From Halobacteria archaeon (GTDB lineage Archaea > Methanobacteriota_B > Thermococci > Methanofastidiosales > NM3), in the NCBI GenBank assembly GCA_036733165.1, contig DAINBB010000004.1, positions 7,198 to 71,197 on the forward strand: 64,000 nt of DNA, written 5' to 3'. Positions 8,041 to 18,390 of this stretch are shown in pieces (positions within the stretch are counted from its first letter, which is position 1; the number at the start of each line of letters is the position of its first letter). The notes beneath the pieces are model-generated. The model had not been told where the DNA came from. It searched no databases and was given only the letters and a program-made list of their open reading frames with translations. Made by a program: the position numbers and the translations under genes.

Positions 8041-9639
8041 TTGAGCGAGCTTTTTTGGGCAGACAAATCGGCACAGCAGGTAATTGACAGGGACCCCGAA
8101 AGCGACATCTATGTCACGGAATGTGGACTTGGCGCATCTGGAATACCACATGTCGGCAGTTTGGGCGATGGCATAAGGTCCTATGTGGTGACCCTGGCCA
8201 TAGAGAACAAGGGAAAGAACTCCTTCTTCCAGGCCTACTCTGACGACAGGGACGGACTGAGAAAGATACCTTATGGTTTCCCATCCTCGCTCAAGGAATA
8301 CATCGGCAATCCCGTGTCCCACATCCCAGACCCCTTCGGTTGCCATGATTCGTTTGGGGCGCACATATCATCGCTGTTGACAGATGCCTTCGACAGGATA
8401 GGGATCGATTACAAGTTCCAGTCCAGCGACCAGGCATACAACAAAGGAATGCTGGACAGGGAGATAATGGAGCTCCTCTCCAAGCACAAGGAAGCTGGAC
8501 AGATCATCAAGGATGTCACAGACCAGGACAAGTACCTTACACAATATCCATACTTCGCAATATGCGAGGAATGCGGGAAGATATACACCACCAGGGTTAC
8601 AGGTTTCGATGAATCCAAGCGTACGGTCTCGTATGTCTGTGACGGGGAGTTCGTGGGCAAGGACTCCAACACAGGAGAGGACATCCATATCAAGGGCTGC
8701 GGCCACGAGGGAAAATGCGACATCAGGCAGGGCAAGCTTGCCTGGAAGGTGGAGTTCGCAGCGAGATGGAAGGCGTTCGACATTGCCTTCGAGGCGTTCG
8801 GCAAGGACATACTCGAATCGGTGAAGGTAAACGATGTGATCGAGGAGAAGCTGCTTTCGGCAAAGGCGCCGGTGCACGCATTCTACGAGATGTTCGTGGA
8901 GCGTGGAGGAGGCAAGATCTCCAAGTCCAAGGGTAATGTCTTCACTCCCCAGAAATGGCTTTCGTACGGAAGTCCTGACTCGCTGGTCCTCCTCATGCTG
9001 AAGAGGCTCGCGTATTCCAGGGTCGTCGACCTCTTGGAGATCCCCAAGCTCATGGACGAGGTGGACTATCTCCATGATGTCTACTTCAAGAAGGAGAAGG
9101 TCAACAACGAGAAGGAAAGAAGCCATCTGATAAGGATGTACGAGTACATAAAATTCCTTAATCTGCCCGATTCGCCCGGATTGACGATCCCCTACAACGT
9201 CGTGGCTAATGTCGCATCGGTCATACCCGTGGACACCCCCAACAGGGACGACATCATCATCAACATACTCAGAAACTGCGGAAAAATTCCCCAAGAGATA
9301 GATGAAGAGCATATGGGTGAGGCACTGAGGAGGATAGGATACGCAACGAACTGGTTGCAGGAAACTGGCGATGTAGAGAGGGAGAAGATCGAGATAGACC
9401 AAAGGGAGTCGGATGCGCTCTCTGTCCTGCTTGACACGCTTGATGACGGAATGGATGCCGAAAAGATACAAAACACCATATTCCAGACGGCAAAGGACCA
9501 TGATCTGAAACCTGCCAAGTTCTTCAAGCTGATATACTCCATACTCCTAGGCGTCCCAAGGGGGCCCAGGGCCGGAAGCCTTATCGAGACGATAGGGATG
9601 GAAAGGGCGAAGGAACTGATAAGGCAGGAACTAAACTAA
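8041..9639 (+). CDS. lysK: Lysine--tRNA ligase, class I (archaeal LysK type)
   Basis: HIGH-type motif 'SGIPHVGSLGDG' and KMSKS 'KISKSKG'. Zn-binding Cys cluster 'CEECG...CDGEF...CGHEGKC'. Apparent TTG start. Confidence 0.9.
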   Translation: MSELFWADKSAQQVIDRDPESDIYVTECGLGASGIPHVGSLGDGIRSYVVTLAIENKGKNSFFQAYSDDRDGLRKIPYGFPSSLKEYIGNPVSHIPDPFGCHDSFGAHISSLLTDAFDRIGIDYKFQSSDQAYNKGMLDREIMELLSKHKEAGQIIKDVTDQDKYLTQYPYFAICEECGKIYTTRVTGFDESKRTVSYVCDGEFVGKDSNTGEDIHIKGCGHEGKCDIRQGKLAWKVEFAARWKAFDIAFEAFGKDILESVKVNDVIEEKLLSAKAPVHAFYEMFVERGGGKISKSKGNVFTPQKWLSYGSPDSLVLLMLKRLAYSRVVDLLEIPKLMDEVDYLHDVYFKKEKVNNEKERSHLIRMYEYIKFLNLPDSPGLTIPYNVVANVASVIPVDTPNRDDIIINILRNCGKIPQEIDEEHMGEALRRIGYATNWLQETGDVEREKIEIDQRESDALSVLLDTLDDGMDAEKIQNTIFQTAKDHDLKPAKFFKLIYSILLGVPRGPRAGSLIETIGMERAKELIRQELN

Positions 9640-10427
9640 TACCTGTGGTCAAGGAAACTGTCAACAAGGTTGAGCTTCGAGAACCTGCCACGTGTGATGA
9701 ATGCCAGTGTCTCCTCCTTTCCCAGTATCCTGTCCCTTATCTCTTTTCTGGAAAATCCCCTTCCATCGAGTTCCAATACCGAATCTCCCATGGATGTCAG
9801 GTGTGATATCTTTTCCTCAATGACCTTGTCCGGCTCCTCGAACGGGCGGCCATGGCTGGGAAAGAGGATTTCTATGTCCAACTTCGATATTCGTTCCAAC
9901 GAGCCCATAGCATCGTATATGTTGACCTCGTCGCTGACCCATCTTGTCTTGCCCCACAGCACCAGATCGCCTGAGAAAAGATAGCGTTTCTCCGGCAGAT
10001 AGTAACCAACATGGTCATCGCTGTGGCCTGGCGTGTATATCTGCCTCACTTCAAATCCATCGCTCTCGACGGAATCGGGGAATATCGTGGGCTTTGAGGG
10101 CGCCACCCTGCCGGCGATGAAACACTCTATAAACGAGCTGTTGTCGGGGTCCTCCAGGCCCCTCACAGCATTCGCATGGCAATATATGGTGCAACTGTTC
10201 TGGTCCTGCACCACGGCATTGTTGCCCACGTGGTCATGGTGGCGATGCGATATGAATATGTTTTCTACCCCTCTGGACAGGGGCAGAATATCCGTACCCA
10301 TGTTTATCCCGGTGTCGAACATCGTGTTGCCAAATCTATAAACATTGGCGTTGAAAAGCGACCTCTTCAAGAACTTTTTTATCGTGATGTATCTCTCAAC
10401 ATCTCCATATTTCCTAATAGTTATCAT
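9636..10427 (-). CDS. Metallo-beta-lactamase fold hydrolase
   Basis: 'HRHHDHVG' (HxHxDH) plus downstream His/Asp ligands ('GHSDDH', 'SHG'). Convergent 4-nt overlap with lysK. Confidence 0.85.
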   Translation of the reverse strand: MITIRKYGDVERYITIKKFLKRSLFNANVYRFGNTMFDTGINMGTDILPLSRGVENIFISHRHHDHVGNNAVVQDQNSCTIYCHANAVRGLEDPDNSSFIECFIAGRVAPSKPTIFPDSVESDGFEVRQIYTPGHSDDHVGYYLPEKRYLFSGDLVLWGKTRWVSDEVNIYDAMGSLERISKLDIEILFPSHGRPFEEPDKVIEEKISHLTSMGDSVLELDGRGFSRKEIRDRILGKEETLAFITRGRFSKLNLVDSFLDHRY

Positions 10428-10549
10428 ATCAAGGAAAAAATTTACAATTTATTATAAAAAAGTTACCATTTCTAATCAATAACTTTATATAGCATATGAA
10501 ATTTAGCATAATGCAAAAACAAGCCAAAATGTGTTAAGGTGCCAAATGA

Positions 10550-12316
10550 ATGAGAAAGATAATTAGGAACCCAGACGATGATTATTATATAGAGTATTTG
10601 AAACCATATTACGTCCGAACGGCCGATGGTCAATACTTATTCGGGTGCACCCAACCCGGCAGGAGACCAGACAGGGCGTTCTATATGGTACCTGAAGATT
10701 ACAGACTTGGCTACGGTCAGAAATCCTTTCCCACCGACATCGGACAGAAGATATACAAGGTCGCGATGGACTACCTCGACAACGTCGACATAATAGTCCA
10801 GGACGTCATACAGGGCGAGGAGCCATACAAGACCGGCATGCAGATCACGACAAGCGTTGACTGCCCCCACGCGGCATACATACCTTGGATAGGGAGGCAT
10901 ATGACGTTCAAGCATGATGAACAGACGAAGTTCTCCTGTTTCAACTTCATCGTGCCAGAGATACTCCCAGAGGAGTATGCGGATAGGATAAGGGAGTTCT
11001 GGCCGGAATACGATCCCAAGGTTCCCCTCACACTCTACGACTTCACCAGGATGGACAAGGACGTCCGGAAGGTCCTGTCGCTGAGAGTCGACTACTTCGG
11101 GGGTGCCTACAAGAAACCCAATCTCACAATGGTCTGGAACCGCGGAGAGTCAGACGGCCTTGTTTCATACCACGGAGGATGCACCTCCAACAGGATAGTG
11201 AAGGGATTGAGCGGCACGGGCAAGACCACATTGACTGTCGGCCCGATGCTTGAACAGGACGACGCGCTCTTGGGAAAGATAAAGTACGATGAGGAAGGGA
11301 ACGCAAAGGGTCTCACGATCATAGGGCTCGAGGCGGCCAGTTTCGCCAAATCAGAAGGGCTTACACCCAAAAGCCCGGAGTGGGCAGGGCTCATGAGGGC
11401 GAAGGACACCATAGTCATTGCCATGAACATAGACTGCGAGAACGTGGAGTACGTGATGGAAAAGCACGGCGTCCACATGATAAAGGTGCCAAGGGTGGAT
11501 AAGGGAAAGAAGGCCGGAAAGCTCCAGACGACGCTGTATGAGAAGTCCGGGACCAAGAACGGCAGATTCATCTTCGACTTCTCCGCGCTTAATCCGGACT
11601 GGAACAAGAAGACAAAGTCCCTCAAGACGGAGGCTCTCGTGTTCAAGAGATTCAACACTGTCGAACCGATGTTCAGGGTCGTCGACCCGCGGATGGCCGT
11701 GGCGCTTGACAGCGCATGCGAATCCATCATAACCTCTGCCGTCTCCGGTAAGAAGGCCGGCTCCAAGGTCAGGTCATACGCCGCCACAGACTTCATGGCA
11801 AGGGAACAGGCGCAGCAGGCATTGTTGAAGTGGAAGATATATGAGGACCTGGACCTGTCGCTGAGCGGAGATCTGGTGTTCATCATACTCAACTCGGGGT
11901 ATGTTGGAAGGAACGACATTGAGGGCAACGCCCGCAAGGATGCCGATGGCAACCTCCTCGGAGAGAAGATAAGGGTGGAGGACAGCAAGAGAATCCTTGA
12001 GCTGATAGACAGCGAGGAGATCGACGAATGGATTGCGAATCCCATATTCGGATATCTCGTGCCAAACCCGAAGGAAATGGAGGAGAAAGGCATCGAGGGA
12101 TACTCGAAAAGATTCAACATGTTGAACCATTATTCCTCAGAGGAGCTGCTTCGGTTCGCCAATGACGACATTTTAGAGAGGTCGTCATATCTCAACGGTC
12201 TTTTCTCCAATCAGTTGAACGAGGGGGAGCTCAGGCCGATCATAGACTTCTGGAAGAACGTGAAGCTGCCGGACAAGAAGACGGTGGAAAGATTCTACAA
12301 GAAGAACTATTCATAG
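10550..12316 (+). CDS. Phosphoenolpyruvate carboxykinase (ATP)-like protein, divergent
   Basis: Contains the PEPCK(ATP) kinase-1a signature 'GLSGTGKTTLT' at the expected position. The C-terminal 'ANPIFGYLVPNPKE' resembles the PckA 'LPMFNLAIPTELPG' region. The rest is very divergent. Confidence 0.5.
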   Translation: MRKIIRNPDDDYYIEYLKPYYVRTADGQYLFGCTQPGRRPDRAFYMVPEDYRLGYGQKSFPTDIGQKIYKVAMDYLDNVDIIVQDVIQGEEPYKTGMQITTSVDCPHAAYIPWIGRHMTFKHDEQTKFSCFNFIVPEILPEEYADRIREFWPEYDPKVPLTLYDFTRMDKDVRKVLSLRVDYFGGAYKKPNLTMVWNRGESDGLVSYHGGCTSNRIVKGLSGTGKTTLTVGPMLEQDDALLGKIKYDEEGNAKGLTIIGLEAASFAKSEGLTPKSPEWAGLMRAKDTIVIAMNIDCENVEYVMEKHGVHMIKVPRVDKGKKAGKLQTTLYEKSGTKNGRFIFDFSALNPDWNKKTKSLKTEALVFKRFNTVEPMFRVVDPRMAVALDSACESIITSAVSGKKAGSKVRSYAATDFMAREQAQQALLKWKIYEDLDLSLSGDLVFIILNSGYVGRNDIEGNARKDADGNLLGEKIRVEDSKRILELIDSEEIDEWIANPIFGYLVPNPKEMEEKGIEGYSKRFNMLNHYSSEELLRFANDDILERSSYLNGLFSNQLNEGELRPIIDFWKNVKLPDKKTVERFYKKNYS

Positions 12317-12328
12317 TTCTTCATTCCT

Positions 12329-13306
12329 TTATCCCCTTATCAGCAGCATCGCGATATATATTATGTAAAGGGCCAAGAGCACCATGCCCTTCGGCCGCCT
12401 TATCATGCTCTCGACACCCATATGGACCATGACCAGAAACACGGTCGTCGCCACGATCACCAGCAACATGTCCAGGAGAAGGGAATCCATTATTGGTATG
12501 GGAGTAACGATGCTGGACATCCCGAGGACCCAGAGGATGTTGAAGATGTTGGACCCGACTATGTTTCCCACAGCGATGTCACAATTCTTTTTGAATGCTG
12601 CTATCAGGCTGGTAGCAAGCTCGGGCAGCGATGTGCCGAAGGCGACTATGGTCGAACTTATCAATATCTCCGATATGGAGAGGTTTCTCGCAAGCGCCAC
12701 GGCGTTGTCGACTATCAGTTCCCCCCCTATATAGAGGGCGACCACGCCTGCGGATATGAACAGTAAGGACTTCGGAAATCCGTAGTCCGCCTCATATACC
12801 TGCTCATCAAGTATCTCGTCCCTGGACCTCCTAAGGATGAAGAAGAGGAAGAGCAAAAAACCGATCAAGAGCACAATACCGTCAAAACGGGAAATTATGT
12901 TGGTCTGTCCGCCAAGGATTATCACGTCACTTGCCAACACCAGCAAGAGCACTGAAGAGAAGAGGGCGTATGGGATGTCCCTGGTCTTGGCGTAACGATT
13001 GACGTCCAGAGGCATTATCATCGCCGTCACTCCCACTATGAGCAGTATGTTCGCCATGTTGCTACCTATGATGTTTCCCACAGCTATGTCGGTGCTGCCC
13101 TTGAGGGCGGATATCATGTTCACTATGAACTCCGGCAGCGATGTGCCGAAGGCGACGATCGTGAGTCCTATTATGAAGTAGGACACTCCGAACCTTTGGG
13201 CGATGTAAGAAGAGCCCTTTATCAAGTAATCCGCGCCCTTCACCAACATTATGAATCCGATCGCTATCAAAAACAATTCCATGTACATGGGATACATTAC
13301 TATCAA
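12329..13306 (-). CDS. Na+/Ca2+ exchanger (CaCA family, YrbG-like)
   Basis: Two alpha-repeats 'GTSLPEFIVNMISALKG' and 'GTSLPELATSLIAAFKK', each followed by 'DIAVGNI(I/V)GSN'. About 10 TM segments. Confidence 0.9.
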   Translation of the reverse strand: MIVMYPMYMELFLIAIGFIMLVKGADYLIKGSSYIAQRFGVSYFIIGLTIVAFGTSLPEFIVNMISALKGSTDIAVGNIIGSNMANILLIVGVTAMIMPLDVNRYAKTRDIPYALFSSVLLLVLASDVIILGGQTNIISRFDGIVLLIGFLLFLFFILRRSRDEILDEQVYEADYGFPKSLLFISAGVVALYIGGELIVDNAVALARNLSISEILISSTIVAFGTSLPELATSLIAAFKKNCDIAVGNIVGSNIFNILWVLGMSSIVTPIPIMDSLLLDMLLVIVATTVFLVMVHMGVESMIRRPKGMVLLALYIIYIAMLLIRG

Positions 13307-13403
13307 AACATATCAGGATAAATACTTTCTTCATGAAACATGGCGTTCATCCATTGGCCGACATTCGAAGTAATTTTATATATGTGCCAAATTATTATCA
13401 ACA

Positions 13404-14939
13404 ATGTCAAAAAAAGCTAGAGATATATGGGAGCGATTTCAAGGAGGGGGAAAGATATCCATCGGCAGGCCATCCATATGGATCCTTGTCGCATTGGCAG
13501 CCGTCCTGTCCTTGTGCTACTATGTCAGGCCATGGTTCCACGGACTTATCATTGGCCTCTACAGGGCCCCTCTGGTAATGATGTTCCTATTTGCGATATT
13601 TCTCTTTATAATGATGAATCTTTTCATGTACAGCCAACTTGAGAAGACCAGGAACAGGGACACCGCAAGATATGAGAGATATCAAAGGATCAGGAAGGGC
13701 CTGACCGCCCTGGTGGTCATATTTATCATTGCGCTCGTCCCCCTATACATGTATAGCGGATACTACATGGACCGTACACTATATGAGAACACAGATTATA
13801 TCTACATCGAATCGATGCCTGAGACGAACCTGATACGCTTCCTGCCCTTTTCCGTGGCGGAGAGGTACTCGTTGGACGCCTTCACAGACCCCCAATACAC
13901 GCTGGGCGATGGCGATCTTGTGAAGCAGGACGGAAGGCTTTACTGGAACTTCCCCATCGTGCCGGAAGGCACCATCCTCTACTTCACGAAAAAACCCCAG
14001 GGTGTCATCTCCATCAGCGCCGACAACAGTGAGAAGGAGATAAGCACCAACATGTCGGAGATGGACATAGGTGAGAACATCGGCATAACAGATGGCATAG
14101 AATGGAACATCTACAAACAGGACATGTTCTGTGACATCGCCGACATCTACTATCAGGACGACCTGATAATTGTCTCGGTCATCAAGTACAAGTTCAAGCT
14201 CATTGGCAGGTATCCATACTTCGGCGGCGTCTATACGATAGACTTCGATGGCAACATAGAGTATTATGATCCGGAGGAGGCCGCCGAACAGCCATGGGGA
14301 AACAGGATTTATCCAGAATCCCTAGCCAGAAAACAGATAGAGGTCGTGAACACCAAGAACGGCCTTGTCAACATGTGGATCTATCATGAGGAGATGATAG
14401 AGATACAGGACGTGTACAGCGGAGGGAACGTCCAGCCCTTTCTGCTCGATACGGAGGACGGACTCGTTTGGATGACGGCGGTCGAGCCCAGAGGGGAGAG
14501 CTTTGGCCTGTACGAACTGTACTTCCAAAGCGCGGTGGATGGCAAGATATACGTTTACAGGGTGTCCTCGGAGAACCTCACAGGTCCAAGGTACTCCATA
14601 GACTACGTCAAGAAGACGTTCCCCAACTTCGACTGGAACTCGTTCTACATATCAGAACCGAGGCCCATCATAAAGGAAGAGCAACTCTTTTGGCTGGTAT
14701 CCATCGTTCCGTATGATTCCGCAGGCGTCACGAAACAGTGCGTGGTCAATGCCAAGACCAGCGAGGTCACCTCCTTCGAGTCGGATGAGGATGTGTTGGC
14801 GTTCTTTGCGGGGGACGTGCCTGGCACTCCGGACGGGGAAGACATAACCATAGAGGATATCCTTGAGATGATCGACGAACTGGAGACCATGATAGAGGAG
14901 CTAAGGACATTGCTGGAGCAATACGAATCCGAGGGATAG
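13404..14939 (+). CDS. Hypothetical membrane-anchored protein (3 N-terminal TM helices, large extracytoplasmic domain, acidic coiled-coil C-terminus)
   Basis: No recognisable catalytic motif. The N-terminal ~120 aa are hydrophobic. C-terminus 'EDILEMIDELETMIEELRTLLEQYESEG'. Its stop lies 1 nt before the start of the AAC(3)-like gene. Confidence 0.5.
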   Translation: MSKKARDIWERFQGGGKISIGRPSIWILVALAAVLSLCYYVRPWFHGLIIGLYRAPLVMMFLFAIFLFIMMNLFMYSQLEKTRNRDTARYERYQRIRKGLTALVVIFIIALVPLYMYSGYYMDRTLYENTDYIYIESMPETNLIRFLPFSVAERYSLDAFTDPQYTLGDGDLVKQDGRLYWNFPIVPEGTILYFTKKPQGVISISADNSEKEISTNMSEMDIGENIGITDGIEWNIYKQDMFCDIADIYYQDDLIIVSVIKYKFKLIGRYPYFGGVYTIDFDGNIEYYDPEEAAEQPWGNRIYPESLARKQIEVVNTKNGLVNMWIYHEEMIEIQDVYSGGNVQPFLLDTEDGLVWMTAVEPRGESFGLYELYFQSAVDGKIYVYRVSSENLTGPRYSIDYVKKTFPNFDWNSFYISEPRPIIKEEQLFWLVSIVPYDSAGVTKQCVVNAKTSEVTSFESDEDVLAFFAGDVPGTPDGEDITIEDILEMIDELETMIEELRTLLEQYESEG

Positions 14940-14940
14940 G

Positions 14941-15741
14941 ATGACCGAAAATGACGTTGTTGATGGAACGAAGCACCCCATTACCGTGGATTCCCTTGTC
15001 GGCGACCTGGAGAGGATTGGTGTCGGAGAGGGAACAGTGCTCTTCGTGCAGTCATCCCTATCCTCCATCGGGTGGGTGTGTGGGGGTGCGGTCGCAGTCA
15101 TACAGGCGCTCCTGAACACAATAGGGGATGAAGGCACGCTGGTGATGCCGTGCATGTCCTCTGACTGGAGCGATCCGTCACGTTGGGAGAATCCGCCAGT
15201 CCCCATGGGCTGGTGGGACATAATCAAGGACTGCATGCCCCCTTTTGACAAGGATGTGACACCAGCAAGGAAGATGGGTGCGGTGGCCAACGCATTCAGA
15301 TGTTGGCCGGGGGTTGTCAGGTCGGACCATCCGATATCCTTTATTGCCGGCGGGAAACACTCAAGATACGTCGTTGAGGGACAGCCATTGTCATTTCCAA
15401 TGGGAGCGGGTTCCCCTTTGGAGAGATGCTGTGAGATGGACGGATACGGATTGCTTATTGGCACGGAGAGGAACACCACTCTCCACCTCGCCGAATATCG
15501 GGCATGTTTCACGAAAAAGACAGTGAAAAATGGCGTTCCGATGATCAGGAACGGCAGAAGGGAATGGTGTGAATACGAAGAATATGAGGACTACACCGAA
15601 CATTTTCCAAAAATCCTAAGCGAGTTCTCAGGAACTGGCAGATGCAAGATGGGTATGATAGGCAATGCAAAAAGCCATCTTTTCAAACAGTCGGATATCG
15701 TCGATTACGGCAAAGAATGGTTCGAAAGGAACCTAAATTGA
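14941..15741 (+). CDS. Aminoglycoside N(3)-acetyltransferase family protein (AAC(3)/Antibiotic_NAT fold)
   Basis: 'VLFVQSSLSSIGWVCGGAVAVIQALLNTIGDEGTLVMPCMSSDWSDPSRWENPPVP' matches the conserved AAC(3) N-terminal core ('LLVHSSLSSLG.V.GGA..vv.AL....G..GTLvMPt'). Confidence 0.75.
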   Translation: MTENDVVDGTKHPITVDSLVGDLERIGVGEGTVLFVQSSLSSIGWVCGGAVAVIQALLNTIGDEGTLVMPCMSSDWSDPSRWENPPVPMGWWDIIKDCMPPFDKDVTPARKMGAVANAFRCWPGVVRSDHPISFIAGGKHSRYVVEGQPLSFPMGAGSPLERCCEMDGYGLLIGTERNTTLHLAEYRACFTKKTVKNGVPMIRNGRREWCEYEEYEDYTEHFPKILSEFSGTGRCKMGMIGNAKSHLFKQSDIVDYGKEWFERNLN

Positions 15742-15770
15742 TACCCCTTTGTTTCCACTGGAGAATTTAT

Positions 15771-17732
15771 CTAATTAATTGCCCTTGGAATAGAAATTAC
15801 GAATATCGTGCCCCCCATGTCGCCCGATTTGACGGTTATGTTGCCGTTGTGCATCCCCACCATCCCTCTCACTATTGACAATCCCAGTCCGTGGCCCCCC
15901 GTCCTCTCCCTGTTCTTGCCCCTTGTGAATTTGTTCATGAGAGTCACGAGCTCGTCGGAGGATATGCTGTCATGTCCGTCGTCCTCGAACTCGATCTCAT
16001 AATGATCATCCTTGCATTTGTACGAGATACGGCAGGCCGAGGTATACTTTAGGGCATTGTCGATGAGATTGCTAAAGACGTTTACAAGGAGGGGCAGCGC
16101 CTCGATGGGACATTCGTGGTCTAGTGGCGTAAAACAGATGTTATTGTACTTTGGATGGTGTTTGAAGTTCTCTACGGACTCGGACAACAACCCTCCCAAT
16201 TCCATCTTCTCAAAATGCTTTGAGAGTTCCCCTTCTTCCAACCTCGCGAACAGCAACGCGTTGTCTATTATGAGCTTCATCCTGTCGGATTGATAAAGAA
16301 GCTTGGATATAACCTCGTTGGCTTCTGGAGCTTCCTTCAAAAGAATGTCCATGTATCCCCTGCTTATGAATAAAGGATTTTTAAGGTCATGGGCCAGCAT
16401 TGATATGAAGAAGTCTGTCAGTTCCTTCGTATCCTTCAAATTATTGAAGAGCAGGGCGTTCTCCAAGGCTATGGATGTCTGCGCGGCAAACATCTGGGCC
16501 TTTTCCAGTTCCACATTCTCAAAGTTCGTCCCCGTTCTGAAAAGATTCAATACGCCGATGGTGTCGCCATGCCCCTTCAGGGGAACGGACATCATCTTCT
16601 CATCCTTTTCCAACGTCCCGGGTATGAGAATGATATCCCTGTCGGAGAGGGGATCGTTGATGATCTCCGCCTTGCCACCTCTTGCGACGCGTCCCGTAGC
16701 CCCCTCGTTGATCGACGCCTCGAAGCCCATGATCGCATCCCTGTCAACACCTGTTGCATATATCGGATGAAGATACTTCCTCTCCTTGTCTATCTTATAG
16801 AACGATAGTGTGTCAAATGGTATCAGGAGCTTTATCTTTTCGGCTATTCTCCTCAAGACCATATCCAAGCTCAGTATGTTGATGTCGTTTAGGATGTATA
16901 ACAGATTCTCAAGGTATGTCTTGCTCTTCTGGAGTTCGATCTCTGTCTCCTTTATGTCTGTTATATCATACCCCGAAAGACCTATCTTATCATCAGGCAA
17001 TCTGAAGGTATTGACTATGAAATGACATTTCCTACCCTCAACTTCAAACGTGAAACAATCGTCTCTGAAAACGGTGTTATCCTCGAATGAGCGTATTATC
17101 TCATTTTTCAATCTTTGTGCATCTTCTGAGGACCATATTTGTGTATATTCCATGTCAATGCTCTCATCGAGGTTGATATGGGAATAATCCTTGGCGGTCT
17201 TGTTGGCATCAAGTAGATAGAGGTCCCCGGGTGGTCTGTATTTCAGGACGTAAAGGCCCAATGGCAGCGAATGTATTATGTTGTCCGACATTATCAGCTT
17301 TTGTTCCATGTCTTTCTTTTCAATATGTGTCAGATGGTGATGTACGTGCGAATTGATCGCATTATAGATCCTATCATAGCTAGCGAAGCCCACATCTTTT
17401 GTAAAATAGTCATTGGCCCCATGGACAAAGGCCTCCCTCGCCACGGTCTCATCGCCTTGCCCTGTTAGGAAGATGACTGGCAATTCCATGCCTTGGGTCC
17501 TGATATTGTATAAGAAGTCAAGGCCGGTCCCGCCTATCAACTGATAATCGCACAGGACACAATCATATCTGTTGTTCCTAATTTTTTGAATCCCTAGACC
17601 TGGAGACTTCACAAGATCGAAAATCAATCTGTCACTCTTGTTCCTCTTCGCTATATTGTTTAGTTGTATGGATATGAATCTTGAATATTCCTCATCGTCC
17701 TCAACGTGCAGGATATGTAATTGCGATGACAT
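15771..17732 (-). CDS. Hybrid sensor histidine kinase (REC-PAS-GAF-HisKA-HATPase_c)
   Basis: N-terminal receiver (phosphoacceptor Asp in 'CVLCDYQL', 'VIFLTGQGDE'). H-box 'AHDLKNPL'. G-boxes 'GHGLGLSIVRG' and 'GGTIFVISIP'. Confidence 0.9.
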   Translation of the reverse strand: MSSQLHILHVEDDEEYSRFISIQLNNIAKRNKSDRLIFDLVKSPGLGIQKIRNNRYDCVLCDYQLIGGTGLDFLYNIRTQGMELPVIFLTGQGDETVAREAFVHGANDYFTKDVGFASYDRIYNAINSHVHHHLTHIEKKDMEQKLIMSDNIIHSLPLGLYVLKYRPPGDLYLLDANKTAKDYSHINLDESIDMEYTQIWSSEDAQRLKNEIIRSFEDNTVFRDDCFTFEVEGRKCHFIVNTFRLPDDKIGLSGYDITDIKETEIELQKSKTYLENLLYILNDINILSLDMVLRRIAEKIKLLIPFDTLSFYKIDKERKYLHPIYATGVDRDAIMGFEASINEGATGRVARGGKAEIINDPLSDRDIILIPGTLEKDEKMMSVPLKGHGDTIGVLNLFRTGTNFENVELEKAQMFAAQTSIALENALLFNNLKDTKELTDFFISMLAHDLKNPLFISRGYMDILLKEAPEANEVISKLLYQSDRMKLIIDNALLFARLEEGELSKHFEKMELGGLLSESVENFKHHPKYNNICFTPLDHECPIEALPLLVNVFSNLIDNALKYTSACRISYKCKDDHYEIEFEDDGHDSISSDELVTLMNKFTRGKNRERTGGHGLGLSIVRGMVGMHNGNITVKSGDMGGTIFVISIPRAIN

Positions 17733-17813
17733 TTAATAAGAAACTGAAGAAGTGATGATATATTTTTCTGTTGTCGGAAGTGTATATGCTAAAATATCAA
17801 CGGCTATTACGAA

Positions 17814-18362
17814 TCAAATATTCCTCAAGGGGATATATATGGAATTGAGCCGTTCATAGAAACCACGCGTGTGCAAGGACCTCTCCAGCCTCAGAGAGGG
17901 ATGTCTGTAGTCCATATGATGACAGAACTCATGTATGAGCGTGTTGAACAGCGTCTTGTAGGCGACCCTCTTGCCGGTCGCTGTCAACGTGTACAAGGCT
18001 ATCATCGAACGTCCGGGATAATATTTCCCATGGGTGGATGAGACGATCCTCTTCTTGCCAGTGGCGGGGTCCACCTTCCTTCTTGATGGACGTTTTCCCC
18101 TAAGCACCAGCTCAACACCGTCCTCTATGCAGAAGGAACCGTTCAGGGCGTTGAGAAGATTCTGCCCCGAACGCAGTATAAGGTCATCACGGCCGGTAAA
18201 CGTGGATTCCTTGAAGAGGAGTACAGCCTCACGCACATCGTCGTCAGGACAAAAATCCAATGAGATGGAGTTCGACCGCCTATAGGGGTCGACGGATGTC
18301 CCTGCTACGTTGGACATTTTAAATGAAGTCGTCCCTTTCCCTCTTCTTATCCAAGAGAACAA
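17814..18362 (-). CDS. HExxH zinc-metallopeptidase-like protein (SprT/WLM-like)
   Basis: 'TLIHEFCHHMDYRH' supplies HExxH plus a third His. Otherwise unassigned. Confidence 0.4.
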   Translation of the reverse strand: MFSWIRRGKGTTSFKMSNVAGTSVDPYRRSNSISLDFCPDDDVREAVLLFKESTFTGRDDLILRSGQNLLNALNGSFCIEDGVELVLRGKRPSRRKVDPATGKKRIVSSTHGKYYPGRSMIALYTLTATGKRVAYKTLFNTLIHEFCHHMDYRHPSLRLERSLHTRGFYERLNSIYIPLRNI

Positions 18363-18390
18363 TTGAATACCTCATTGCGCGACAAGTGGC

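Noticed and set aside
8368-9501. 377-aa ORF on the minus strand inside lysK
   Set aside because: It is entirely antisense to a well-supported class I LysRS gene. It has no motifs and is leucine/valine-rich, as expected from the reverse frame of a coding region. A frame artefact.
11107-12120. 337-aa minus-strand ORF within the PEPCK-like gene
   Set aside because: Antisense to a gene with a clear catalytic signature. Composition is Ser/Leu-rich and typical of a shadow ORF.
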